In this document: positions 55,582-64,000 of the stretch, piece after piece
Layout of the letters: the number at the start of each line of letters is the position of its first letter
Position numbering within the stretch: position 1 is the first letter of the stretch
Source: Cryomorphaceae bacterium
GTDB lineage: Bacteria > Bacteroidota > Bacteroidia > Flavobacteriales_G > Salibacteraceae
NCBI GenBank assembly: GCA_040221375.1
Contig: JAVKEP010000072.1
Coordinates: 6,036 to 70,035, forward strand
Direction of reading: 5' to 3'
DNA: 64,000 nucleotides
Made by a program: the position numbers and the translations under genes
The notes under the pieces: model-generated
Told to the model about the DNA's origin: nothing
Database searches by the model: none
The model's input: only the letters and a program-made list of their open reading frames with translations

Positions 55582-57054
55582 ATGCACACCGTAATCATAG
55601 GTTCTGGAATAGCCGCACTTGCCGCTGCAATTCGCTTGCGTGCCAAGGGAATGCACGTTTCGGTGTACGAAGCAAATGAAGTAGCCGGCGGCAAACTCCA
55701 TTCATTTCAACTTGGCGATTATCGGTTTGATGGCGGACCTTCCCTTTTCACCATGCCCCAGTTCATCGATGAACTGTACGAACTCGCCGGACGCGATCCA
55801 CGTGCTCACTTCAATTATATTCCGTGCACAGAGGCGTGTCGCTATTTCTGGGAGGACGGAAAGCAAATACATGCCCATTCCAATCCCACGCTATTTGCTG
55901 CCGAAGCCGAACGTGTGTTTGGTTTCCCTTCAGAAGAGTTATTGGATTACTTTGATCACATTAAGAACATATACGACCGTTCTGGGAAAATTTTCTTGGA
56001 GCGCTCTTTGCACACCGCCGCCACCTGGCTCAGTAAAGACACGCTCCATGCATTGATGGACATCAGAAAGTACGACCTTTTCCGATCAATGCATCAAGCA
56101 AACTCGATACGCATCGGAGAACCGCATTTGGTGCAACTCTTTGACAGATTTGCCACTTACAACGGCTCCAATCCGTACAAAGCCCCTGGCATCCTAAACG
56201 TCATTCCTTGGTTAGAACACGGCTTTGGTACCTTTTTTCCATCCGGTGGCATGGCTGAAATTCCCCGTGCGCTGGTAAAGCTTGGGAGGGAAATGGGAAT
56301 TAAATACCATTTCGAGAAGCGCGTGGAACGCATACGAACCGAGCGGGGAAAGGCAGTGGGAATCGAAGTAGATGGTCATGTCGTAATGGCCGATACGGTG
56401 ATCAGCAACATGGATGTGTACTACACCTACCGCTACCTCCTGCCAGAACAACCCGCTCCTGAGCGCATCCTCAACCAAGAACGATCGAGCTCGGCGATGG
56501 TTTTTTATTGGGGCATTCAAGCAAGTTTTGACGAGATTGGCCTCCACAATATATTTTTCAGTGACGACTACAAGCAAGAATTTTCGCAACTGTTTGAAGG
56601 AAAGGTCATGGCAACCGACCCTACGGTTTACGTGAATGTTTCGTCCAAACTAGAACCCACTGACGCTCCCAATGGATGCGAAAACTGGTTTGTCATGGTG
56701 AACGCTCCGGCCGATGAAGGCCAGGATTGGGAAGGCCAAGCAACAAAGGTCAGAGCAATCGTTTTGAACAAACTCTCCAGGCGACTCGGGCGTGAGATCG
56801 CACCCTTGATCAAGGAGGAACGCATATGGGATCCAAAAGGAATCGAAGAGGACACCCTGAGCTATAAAGGGGCACTCTACGGCAACAGTTCAAACGATCG
56901 ATTCGCGGCGTTTCTTCGCCACCCGAACATGAGCAATCGAATACAGGGCCTTTACTTCTGTGGCGGAAGTGTCCATCCAGGCGGAGGGATACCTTTAGCT
57001 TTGTTATCGGCTAAAATCACTGCTGAATTGGTCAACGGAAAAAATGGCAAGTAA
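55582..57054 (+). CDS. Phytoene-desaturase-family carotenoid desaturase (CrtI/CrtD-like)
   Basis: FAD fold MHTVIIGSGIAALAAAIRL. 490 aa, with C-terminal GGSVHPGGGIP. Confidence 0.85.
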   Translation: MHTVIIGSGIAALAAAIRLRAKGMHVSVYEANEVAGGKLHSFQLGDYRFDGGPSLFTMPQFIDELYELAGRDPRAHFNYIPCTEACRYFWEDGKQIHAHSNPTLFAAEAERVFGFPSEELLDYFDHIKNIYDRSGKIFLERSLHTAATWLSKDTLHALMDIRKYDLFRSMHQANSIRIGEPHLVQLFDRFATYNGSNPYKAPGILNVIPWLEHGFGTFFPSGGMAEIPRALVKLGREMGIKYHFEKRVERIRTERGKAVGIEVDGHVVMADTVISNMDVYYTYRYLLPEQPAPERILNQERSSSAMVFYWGIQASFDEIGLHNIFFSDDYKQEFSQLFEGKVMATDPTVYVNVSSKLEPTDAPNGCENWFVMVNAPADEGQDWEGQATKVRAIVLNKLSRRLGREIAPLIKEERIWDPKGIEEDTLSYKGALYGNSSNDRFAAFLRHPNMSNRIQGLYFCGGSVHPGGGIPLALLSAKITAELVNGKNGK

Positions 57055-57664
57055 GCACAACATATCCATCGCTGTATTAATCGTCTTCCACGCAGTAGGC
57101 ATTGGTGGTATTCTTTATGGCGACGCGGCAACTTTCCTCCGGCTTACTCCGCTCAACTTGTTGCTGACCTTCGGAATAATTTGTCTGAATCATCTGGATT
57201 GGAAGCGGGCGTGGATCTTCATTCTCACTTATTTCGTAGGCTTTGGAGTCGAAGTTTTAGGCGTGCAAACCGGGGTGCCGTTTGGAAATTACGCATACGG
57301 CCCTGTGCTCGGGCCAAAGCTTTGGTCAACTCCTTTGCTCATTGGGGTCAATTGGATTATCCTGTTGTATGGCGCGAATGCCCTCGCTCGAAAATTCGCG
57401 ATGACTCCATGGGCGCAAGCACTAGTAGCGGCGGGGTTAATGGTGCTGTTGGACTATCTGATCGAACCCGTTGCCATCCGTTTCGATTTTTGGAGCTGGG
57501 AGAACGGTGTACCGCCTCTCTCTAATTATTTGGGTTGGTTCGGGACGGCGTTGACACTTTCACTTGTATGGCAGTATGCTCGTTTTCGCCTAAACACTTC
57601 AGTGGCCATGGCTGTTTATGCGGTTGAATTGGCCTTCTTTGGAACCGTGAATTTGATCCCATGA
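57044..57664 (+). CDS. Carotenoid biosynthesis membrane protein (DUF422, CruF-like hydratase family)
   Basis: 206 aa, multi-TM. 11-nt overlap with the desaturase gene. Family assignment from memory. Confidence 0.65.
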   Translation: MASKHNISIAVLIVFHAVGIGGILYGDAATFLRLTPLNLLLTFGIICLNHLDWKRAWIFILTYFVGFGVEVLGVQTGVPFGNYAYGPVLGPKLWSTPLLIGVNWIILLYGANALARKFAMTPWAQALVAAGLMVLLDYLIEPVAIRFDFWSWENGVPPLSNYLGWFGTALTLSLVWQYARFRLNTSVAMAVYAVELAFFGTVNLIP

Positions 57665-58122
57665 ACGTACTCATCAATGCATCGCTTCTCATTGGAACCT
57701 TCTTCTTCATGGAATTCATGGCTTGGGCTGCACACAAATTCGTGATGCACGGACTGGGATGGCACTTTCATCGAGATCATCACCAACACGAGCCAGGAAT
57801 TTTTGAAAAAAACGACGTCTTCTTTCTCATTTTTGCCATTCCAAGTTGGTTATTTATCATGTGGGGAATGATGGCTGGTAACGATTGGCGACTTTGGGTT
57901 GGGTTGGGTATAGCCGTTTATGGCTTGGCCTATTTTCTGGTTCACGATGTGTTCATCCATCAACGACTGCCATGGTTCAAGCGAACGGATAACCTCTATT
58001 TTCGAGCGATCAGAAAGGCTCATAAGGTGCATCACAAGCGTCTGGGCAGAGAAGACGGAGAGTGCTTTGGCATGCTCCTCGTACCGATGAAATACTTTAA
58101 AGAGGCCAGTCGTTCCCAATGA
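57661..58122 (+). CDS. crtZ: Beta-carotene hydroxylase CrtZ
   Basis: His boxes HKFVMHG, HRDHH, HDVFIHQR and HKVHH. 153 aa. Confidence 0.85.
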   Translation: MNVLINASLLIGTFFFMEFMAWAAHKFVMHGLGWHFHRDHHQHEPGIFEKNDVFFLIFAIPSWLFIMWGMMAGNDWRLWVGLGIAVYGLAYFLVHDVFIHQRLPWFKRTDNLYFRAIRKAHKVHHKRLGREDGECFGMLLVPMKYFKEASRSQ

Positions 58123-58823
58123 TTCCAGAGCACTACCACTACCTTCTAATCAACGCAATCACGATTGCCTATCCGCTTGCACAAAGCTATGAACGGAGAA
58201 TTCGATTTTTGGCGAACTGGCGCGCTATTTTGATGGGAACCGCCGTGGCTGGCGGCATCTACCTCGCTTGGGACGAGCTCTTCACCTCGCTTGGCATTTG
58301 GGGGTTCAACGAGGACTACTTGCTTGGTGTTTACATCGGAAAGCTCCCGCTAGAAGAATACAATTTCTTTCTGACCGTTCCCTTTGCCTGCCTCTTTATC
58401 TATGAAGTACTCATCCATTTCATCAAGAAAGACCCGCTGTATGATCACCACCAAACGATCACTTTTTTCTTCTTGTTGTGCACCCTCTTTCTAGGAGTCT
58501 ACTTCTATCCCCGTCTGTATACTAGCGTCTGCTTCTTGCTCACCGCCTTGCTCATGGCCTTGCAATTCTTTGTATTCAAATTCCGATGGATGGGGCGGTT
58601 CTATGCTGGATACTTCGTTTCGTTGGCGCCTTTTCTTGTGCTCAACGCTTGGTTAACAGGGGCGTTTACGCAAGAGCCGATTGTCTGGTACAACGATCTC
58701 GAAACCATGGGTTTACGTATAATTACGATTCCTATTGAGGACACGATCTACTTGCTCAGCTTCCTCTTCTTGGTAACGATATTCTATGAGCGAAGCAAAA
58801 CCAATTCGGCTTCTCTGCGCTAA
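58119..58823 (+). CDS. Lycopene cyclase, fused heterodimeric (CrtYc/CrtYd) type
   Basis: 234 aa with two repeats, each carrying the hPhEE-type motif (KLPLEEYNFF and IPIEDTIYL). Confidence 0.8.
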   Translation: MIPEHYHYLLINAITIAYPLAQSYERRIRFLANWRAILMGTAVAGGIYLAWDELFTSLGIWGFNEDYLLGVYIGKLPLEEYNFFLTVPFACLFIYEVLIHFIKKDPLYDHHQTITFFFLLCTLFLGVYFYPRLYTSVCFLLTALLMALQFFVFKFRWMGRFYAGYFVSLAPFLVLNAWLTGAFTQEPIVWYNDLETMGLRIITIPIEDTIYLLSFLFLVTIFYERSKTNSASLR

Positions 58824-58862
58824 GTGCAGGAGGAAGTAACTATCTTTGAGTGCCTAGACTCA

Positions 58863-59264
58863 ATGGCTATGAAAGTCCTAACAACTTGCATTCTTGTCCT
58901 CTGCATTTGCACATTAACTGCCCAAGACAGTGTACATCGCTTCGAGGCATCCCGGGTAAACATCAATAAGAAAGGCGAACGCATGGAGACGTCCACCGTG
59001 GAGCCCGCGAAAATCACCGTTGACTTGGGTGCTGGAACCGTGACCGTTGAAACCGGAAACACAGATATTCGAGAACTGTTCAAGGAAAAAATGGTGTTCA
59101 ACATTGACCGCCAAATGGGAGATATTGGGCCCCAATACAGCTTGCAATTGGACCAATTTATTTTTGCCCATTTCTATTTAAACATGGGCATGATCATCTT
59201 TACGCGCAATGACATCCATCCGCTAGAATGGGGCGTCCAATTCAAAGAAGTGCAGAAGCTTTAG
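58863..59264 (+). CDS. Hypothetical secreted protein
   Basis: Start MAMKVLTTCILVLCICTLTAQ at ATG 58863. Confidence 0.45.
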   Translation: MAMKVLTTCILVLCICTLTAQDSVHRFEASRVNINKKGERMETSTVEPAKITVDLGAGTVTVETGNTDIRELFKEKMVFNIDRQMGDIGPQYSLQLDQFIFAHFYLNMGMIIFTRNDIHPLEWGVQFKEVQKL

Positions 59265-59266
59265 GG

Positions 59267-59881
59267 CTATCCCCAGTTGAAAAGGAGCGGTAGATATACA
59301 GCAACAAACCCTGTTCCCCATCCCAAGTAAATTTGACGCAAATCGTGCGACTCCAGAATGTAGCGAGCACTGCCCACCATTCCGCTCGCTAGAATGCTCA
59401 ACATGATCAATCCAACAATGGGCAGGTCATAGCTCTGTCCAATCCCGTAAAGCGCCGCCGTGAGTCCTCCCATACCGATCATGTGGATGCTGATTTTTGT
59501 GAAGAAGGTGAAGGCGAATGCCGCGGCTACGGCCAGGCTGCTGCCAAAGAAAATGGAATACAAAATCTCTGGAAGTGGAACATCCAGCATCAAGTAGTAG
59601 TTCATGAAATACAACGTCATGGCGAAGGCAAACGGAACGAGTCGGTCCTTTCTTGAATGAAGTTGGATGGAATCCACTAGGTTTCTCCACCTTAAAAACA
59701 AGGTAAACATCAACGGAATGACCACCGTGTTGATGAAAATCCAAGCCACAACGAAAAATTGTTTAGGCAGAGGGGTGGTTTGCGCGATGTAGGTATTCAA
59801 GCTGAAGACGAACATCAATCCCGCCGTGGGTAAGAAGATCGGGTGAAAGAGATACGATGTAATTAAGGCAGCTTTCCTCAT
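59267..59881 (-). CDS. Membrane protein with weak PAP2-like motifs
   Basis: 204 aa, ~6 TM helices. SIHMIG and ARYILESHDLRQ loosely resemble PAP2 motifs C2/C3. Confidence 0.5.
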   Translation of the reverse strand: MRKAALITSYLFHPIFLPTAGLMFVFSLNTYIAQTTPLPKQFFVVAWIFINTVVIPLMFTLFLRWRNLVDSIQLHSRKDRLVPFAFAMTLYFMNYYLMLDVPLPEILYSIFFGSSLAVAAAFAFTFFTKISIHMIGMGGLTAALYGIGQSYDLPIVGLIMLSILASGMVGSARYILESHDLRQIYLGWGTGFVAVYLPLLFNWG

Positions 59882-61338
59882 AATTCCTTGCGCAATCGGG
59901 CCACCGGAATATCCAGCTGTTCTCGATACTTGGCCACCGTTCTGCGTGCAATATTATAGCCTTTTGCCTTCAATTCTTTCGCCAAGCGCTCATCCGTTAA
60001 CGGCTTGCGCTTGTCTTCTGTGCTGAGCAGCTCCTCCAAAATTTTCTTCACCTCACGCGTGCTGACTTCTTCACCGTCGTCATTCGTCAAAGACTCTGAG
60101 AAGAAATACTTCAGCGGAAACGTACCGTAGGAAGTTTGCACGTACTTGCTGTTTGATACCCTGCTGATCGTACTGATATCCATCCCTACTATTTCCGCGA
60201 TATCCTTTAAGATCATCGGTTTCAACTTGGTTTCATCGCCGGTTTCGAAATAAGCTTTTTGGTATTGCACGATCGCCTCCATGGTCCGGATCAGCGTGTT
60301 CTGCCGTTGCAATATGGCATCGACAAACCATTTCGCGCTGTCCAACTTTTGTTTCACAAACATCATCGCCTCTTTTTGGGCCTTGTTTGGCTGGCCTTTG
60401 ATCTGCGAAAACTCTTGAAGCATATCTGAATACTTCTTTGAAAGCCTCAACTCGGGGGCATTTCGTCCATTGAGCAACACCTGTATATCATCCCCTTCGT
60501 GTACGAGGGAAAAGTCAGGAATAACTTGTTCAACGGGCCGTGAAGACTCGTTCAATGAATTCCCCGGCTTTGGGTTTAGGTTGGTGATCTCATCGATCGC
60601 CTCGCGCAGGTCTTCATCGCTGATCTCTAATTTATGCGTGATTTTATCGTAGTGCTTTTTGACAAAGGCGATGTAGTGTTTTTCTAGAATCTCTAAGGCC
60701 GTCTTCACAGTGACCGTAGCTTCCATTCTTCGCATTTGCACCAACAAGCACTCTTGCAAATCTCTCGCTCCAACGCCGGCAGGATCCAGGTCCTGGATGC
60801 AGGTGGTCAGCAATCGCTCCACTTCTTCTTCACTGGTCATGATGCCTTGTGAAAACGCCAAGTCATCCACTACCGCAATGATCTCTCGTCTCAGGTAACC
60901 GCTGTCATCTAGGCTGCCAATCAGGTGTTCACAAATGAGGTACTCCTGCTCAGACATGGATCTCATATGCAGTTGGTCAAGCAAGCGGTCGTGAAATGTG
61001 GTTGACGTGGTAACGGGAATCGTTTTCTCTTCGTCGTCAGAGGAGTAATTATTGGCTTTATAGCGATACTCGGGCGTGTCGTCGTCGTCCATGTAATCGC
61101 TAAAATCAAACTCCTTCTCTGCTTCGCTTATCTCATTGCCGTAATCATCGTTGTCAAGGTCGTCGTATTCATCTCCCTTGTCTTCTTTACCCTCCTCCAA
61201 CGCAGGATTCGATTCTATCTCCTCCTTAATCCGTGCCTCGAGCGCGATGGTGGGAAGCTGCAGCATCTTCATCAACTGAATCTGCTGAGGACTCAGTTTT
61301 TGAAGGAGCTTTTGTTGTAATGATTGCTTCAATGCCAT
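59878..61338 (-). CDS. rpoN: RNA polymerase sigma-54 factor
   Basis: N-terminal LQQKLLQKLSPQQIQLMKML, an acidic region, and the C-terminal RpoN box ARRTVAKYRE. Confidence 0.95.
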   Translation of the reverse strand: MALKQSLQQKLLQKLSPQQIQLMKMLQLPTIALEARIKEEIESNPALEEGKEDKGDEYDDLDNDDYGNEISEAEKEFDFSDYMDDDDTPEYRYKANNYSSDDEEKTIPVTTSTTFHDRLLDQLHMRSMSEQEYLICEHLIGSLDDSGYLRREIIAVVDDLAFSQGIMTSEEEVERLLTTCIQDLDPAGVGARDLQECLLVQMRRMEATVTVKTALEILEKHYIAFVKKHYDKITHKLEISDEDLREAIDEITNLNPKPGNSLNESSRPVEQVIPDFSLVHEGDDIQVLLNGRNAPELRLSKKYSDMLQEFSQIKGQPNKAQKEAMMFVKQKLDSAKWFVDAILQRQNTLIRTMEAIVQYQKAYFETGDETKLKPMILKDIAEIVGMDISTISRVSNSKYVQTSYGTFPLKYFFSESLTNDDGEEVSTREVKKILEELLSTEDKRKPLTDERLAKELKAKGYNIARRTVAKYREQLDIPVARLRKEL

Positions 61339-61418
61339 GGTTCGAGCCTAAGGGTTCGGTAAGTTACACGCATTCGCATGATCGAACTGCCGTCTTTCAA
61401 AATTGAGAAAAGAAATCG

Positions 61419-62840
61419 TTAGAATTCGGCATTTTTTGGAGTTCGGGGAAATGGGATGACATCTCGGATATTCGTCATGCCGGTGATGAAAATCATTAGA
61501 CGTTCGAATCCCAAGCCGAATCCACTGTGAACGCAGGTTCCAAACTTTCTGGTTTCGAGGTACCACTCCAACGACTCCTCTTCTATCCCGAAATCTTGGA
61601 TCTTTTGTTTGAGTACATCGTATCGTTCTTCCCGCTGAGATCCCCCTACAATTTCTCCAATTCCAGGAAACAATATATCCATAGCCCGTACCGTGTTGCC
61701 GTCTTCGTTCAGCCTCATATAAAACGCCTTTATTTTAGCAGGATAGTCATACAAAATCACGGGCTTCCCAAAGTGCTTTTCTACCAAGAAGCGTTCGTGT
61801 TCACTTTGCAGATCCGCTCCCCACTCCTCTATTAGGTACTGGAATTTTTTCTTCTTATTTGGCTTAGAGTTCTTCAATATCTCTATCGCTTCCGTGTAGC
61901 TGCAACGGACGAACTCATTCTTCGAGACAAATTCGAGCTTTTCGAGCAAGGGCATGGTCCTTTTGTCCTGGGGTAGCTGCTTTTCCTCATCTTGCTGGCG
62001 GTCGTGGAGGAGTTGTAAGTCAACCTTGCAGTTTTCGAGCACGTAATTGATCACGTTCTTCAAGCAGTCTTCGGCCAACTCCATGTTATCAAACAAGTCG
62101 TTGAAGGCGACTTCTGGCTCGATCATCCAAAACTCAGCCAAATGCCGAGTGGTGTTGGAGTTTTCGGCACGAAAGGTTGGGCCGAACGTGTACACCTTTC
62201 CCAGTCCCAGCGCAAACAGCTCTGCCTCCAGTTGGCCCGAAACGGTCAGGTTTGTTTCCTTTCCAAAAAAATCTTCTTTCCAGTTTACTTCGCCGTCGTC
62301 GGTGAGGGGGGGACGCTTGGGGTCCAAGGTAGAAACCCTGAACATCTCGCCAGCCCCTTCCGCATCCGAACCGGTGACGATCGGAGTGTGCACCATGAAG
62401 AATCCGTTGTCATTGAAATACTTGTGGATGGCAAATTGCAAAGCGTGCCTTAACCGGAAAATAGCACCAAACGTCTGGGTTCGCGGTCTTAGATGCGCAT
62501 TCTCTCGCAAAAATTCCATCGAATGCTTTTTGGGCTGAAGTGGATAGTCCTCCGCATCGGCATCGCCTAGTACTTCGATTTCAGTAGCCATCAATTCTAC
62601 CCTTTGCCCCTTACCTTGCGATTCGGCTACATCTCCTTTGATGCGCAGGCAAGCGCCGGTTGTAATACGCCGAAGCTGTTCTTCGCTCTCCTTCTCGAAA
62701 TCAACCACCACTTGCAGGTTCATGGAAGTAGAACCATCATTCAATGCGATGAAACGGTTGCTTCTAAATGTTCTGACCCAGCCTTTGATCTCCAAGGACT
62801 CACCGATCGGTTCTTTTTCTATTATTTGCTTAATATGCAT
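61419..62840 (-). CDS. asnS: Asparagine--tRNA ligase
   Basis: OB-fold N-terminus ([20 protein letters not shown]). Class II motifs FRAE and [10 protein letters not shown]-terminus PFPRTP. Confidence 0.95.
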   Translation of the reverse strand: MHIKQIIEKEPIGESLEIKGWVRTFRSNRFIALNDGSTSMNLQVVVDFEKESEEQLRRITTGACLRIKGDVAESQGKGQRVELMATEIEVLGDADAEDYPLQPKKHSMEFLRENAHLRPRTQTFGAIFRLRHALQFAIHKYFNDNGFFMVHTPIVTGSDAEGAGEMFRVSTLDPKRPPLTDDGEVNWKEDFFGKETNLTVSGQLEAELFALGLGKVYTFGPTFRAENSNTTRHLAEFWMIEPEVAFNDLFDNMELAEDCLKNVINYVLENCKVDLQLLHDRQQDEEKQLPQDKRTMPLLEKLEFVSKNEFVRCSYTEAIEILKNSKPNKKKKFQYLIEEWGADLQSEHERFLVEKHFGKPVILYDYPAKIKAFYMRLNEDGNTVRAMDILFPGIGEIVGGSQREERYDVLKQKIQDFGIEEESLEWYLETRKFGTCVHSGFGLGFERLMIFITGMTNIRDVIPFPRTPKNAEF

Positions 62841-63046
62841 CTAGCCTGCTGTATTAGAGAGCCGCAAAGGAACAAACAAAGAGTGAATCTGTGCATTCTG
62901 CGCTGAATTGTTTGAAGCGTTGCATCTGCCTAGTCATTCTCCCTTCCGCGACCGACTATCCTTTTCTCAAACCATTCAACACATTGGAAACATTTTTTTC
63001 ATGTAATGTTTCCAATGTTGCGTTTGTGTTTACATTCGCACCCCGA

Positions 63047-63682
63047 ATGAAAAACTGGACAATGGACGAACGAGGCATAGAAATATTAGGCAAAACGGCA
63101 CAACTGTTCATGCGGAATGGCATCAAAAGCATGACCATGGATGATATTGCGCGGCAACTGGGCGTGTCGAAAAAAACGCTTTATCTCTATGTATCAGATA
63201 AGAACGATTTGGTACTGAAAGTGATGCAGCAGATCGTAGAGCACGAAAAGGTGTTGGCCAATCAGCTGTGTGAGAAACATCAGAATGCCATCGACATGTT
63301 GTTCGAATTGAGCAAAGACATCAGCCAAAAATTTGGACAAATCCACCCTTCGATCAACTACGACATGCAGAAATATCATCCAGAGGCATGGACGGTGTTC
63401 GAAAATTTCAGAACGGTGTTCATCGCCGACTGCATTCAGGAAAACATCGAACGAGGGATTGAGCATGGCCTTTATCGCGAAAATATAGAACCGTACATCG
63501 TATCAAGGATGTACGCCGCCAAAATGGATATGTGCACCGACAGTGAAGTCTTTCCTCCAGACAAATACAACTTCCGTACGATCCACCTTGAACTCATGCG
63601 CTACCACATCCGAGGAATCGCAAGCGAAAAAGGTTTGAACTATTTGAAAGCCAAAGTCAAACAAGAAAACATCGAACTCTAA
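63047..63682 (+). CDS. TetR-family transcriptional regulator
   Basis: ILGKTAQLFMRNGIKSMTMDDIARQLGVSKKTLYLYV HTH. Start moved to ATG 63047. Confidence 0.85.
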   Translation: MKNWTMDERGIEILGKTAQLFMRNGIKSMTMDDIARQLGVSKKTLYLYVSDKNDLVLKVMQQIVEHEKVLANQLCEKHQNAIDMLFELSKDISQKFGQIHPSINYDMQKYHPEAWTVFENFRTVFIADCIQENIERGIEHGLYRENIEPYIVSRMYAAKMDMCTDSEVFPPDKYNFRTIHLELMRYHIRGIASEKGLNYLKAKVKQENIEL

Positions 63683-63685
63683 ACC

Positions 63686-64000
63686 ATGAAAAACTACCTA
63701 TTGTACCTAATGTTGGGCGCTTTTTCGCTCAGCAGCATGGCCCAGTCGACCTACTCTTTGGAAGAAGCCGTTGGTGCAGCGCTCAAGCAGAATGAACAGC
63801 TTAGGCAAGCTGGACTCGACGTTGAGATCTCACGTGCCAAGGTCAGGGAGACCACCGCCATCGGCTTGCCCCAGGTTTCTGGGGAAGCTACTATGAATCA
63901 TTTCATAGACATTCCAACCCAAGTAGCACCGGCCAACGCCTTTGATCCTTCTGCACCGTCAGATATTTTGCTCCCGCTGCAATTCGGATTGCCTTACTCT
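63686..64000 (+). CDS. TolC-family outer-membrane efflux protein, N-terminal fragment (runs off the window)
   Basis: Signal peptide MKNYLLYLMLGAFSLSSMAQ, then SLEEAVGAALKQNEQLRQAGLDVEISRAK, typical of OMF N-termini. Confidence 0.8.
   Translation, partial: MKNYLLYLMLGAFSLSSMAQSTYSLEEAVGAALKQNEQLRQAGLDVEISRAKVRETTAIGLPQVSGEATMNHFIDIPTQVAPANAFDPSAPSDILLPLQFGLPYS

Overview
The window looks like a Bacteroidota chromosome. Evidence: four proteins with T9SS C-terminal sorting domains, TAnnTTTG-type promoter boxes and tightly packed operons. It splits into two parts.

(1) Positions 1 to ~22.14 kb form a low-GC accessory island. Hand counts on sampled lines give roughly 33-43% GC, against ~47-52% to the right. 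The island ends at the terminator and 3' side of a tRNA(CAT) gene (22187-22260, minus strand); its left end is off-window. It contains:
- a minus-strand array of a miniature family-A-polymerase-like ORF, an AEP-primase-like ORF and a small serine recombinase;
- an XRE / HNH-nuclease cassette in which the HNH domain is fused to a gp25/W-like baseplate domain;
- a ~13 kb heavy-metal block: DtxR-like and Fur-like regulators, a His-rich protein, an RND pump fused to its outer-membrane factor, a His-rich adaptor, a CzcN-like protein and a P1B-2 ATPase, plus a divergent di-heme / Rieske / porin / GDCCVxC redox module;
- a few small orphan ORFs.

(2) Positions 22.3-64 kb are core genes:
- HAD hydrolase, methylmalonyl-CoA epimerase, UbiA prenyltransferase, a Cys/Met PLP enzyme;
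- two tandem T9SS M43 metalloproteases, and TrkA;
- an ECF sigma / anti-sigma / beta-barrel unit with two matching promoters;
- acyl-CoA carboxyltransferase and radA;
- a suf operon interrupted by two tandem GT-C glycosyltransferases;
- yhhQ, a TPR histidine kinase, a crtD/cruF/crtZ/lycopene-cyclase cluster, rpoN, asnS, and TetR plus a TolC-like gene start.

I saw no rRNA, CRISPR array or IS transposase. All functional calls come from motif-level reading of the translations; no database search was possible.
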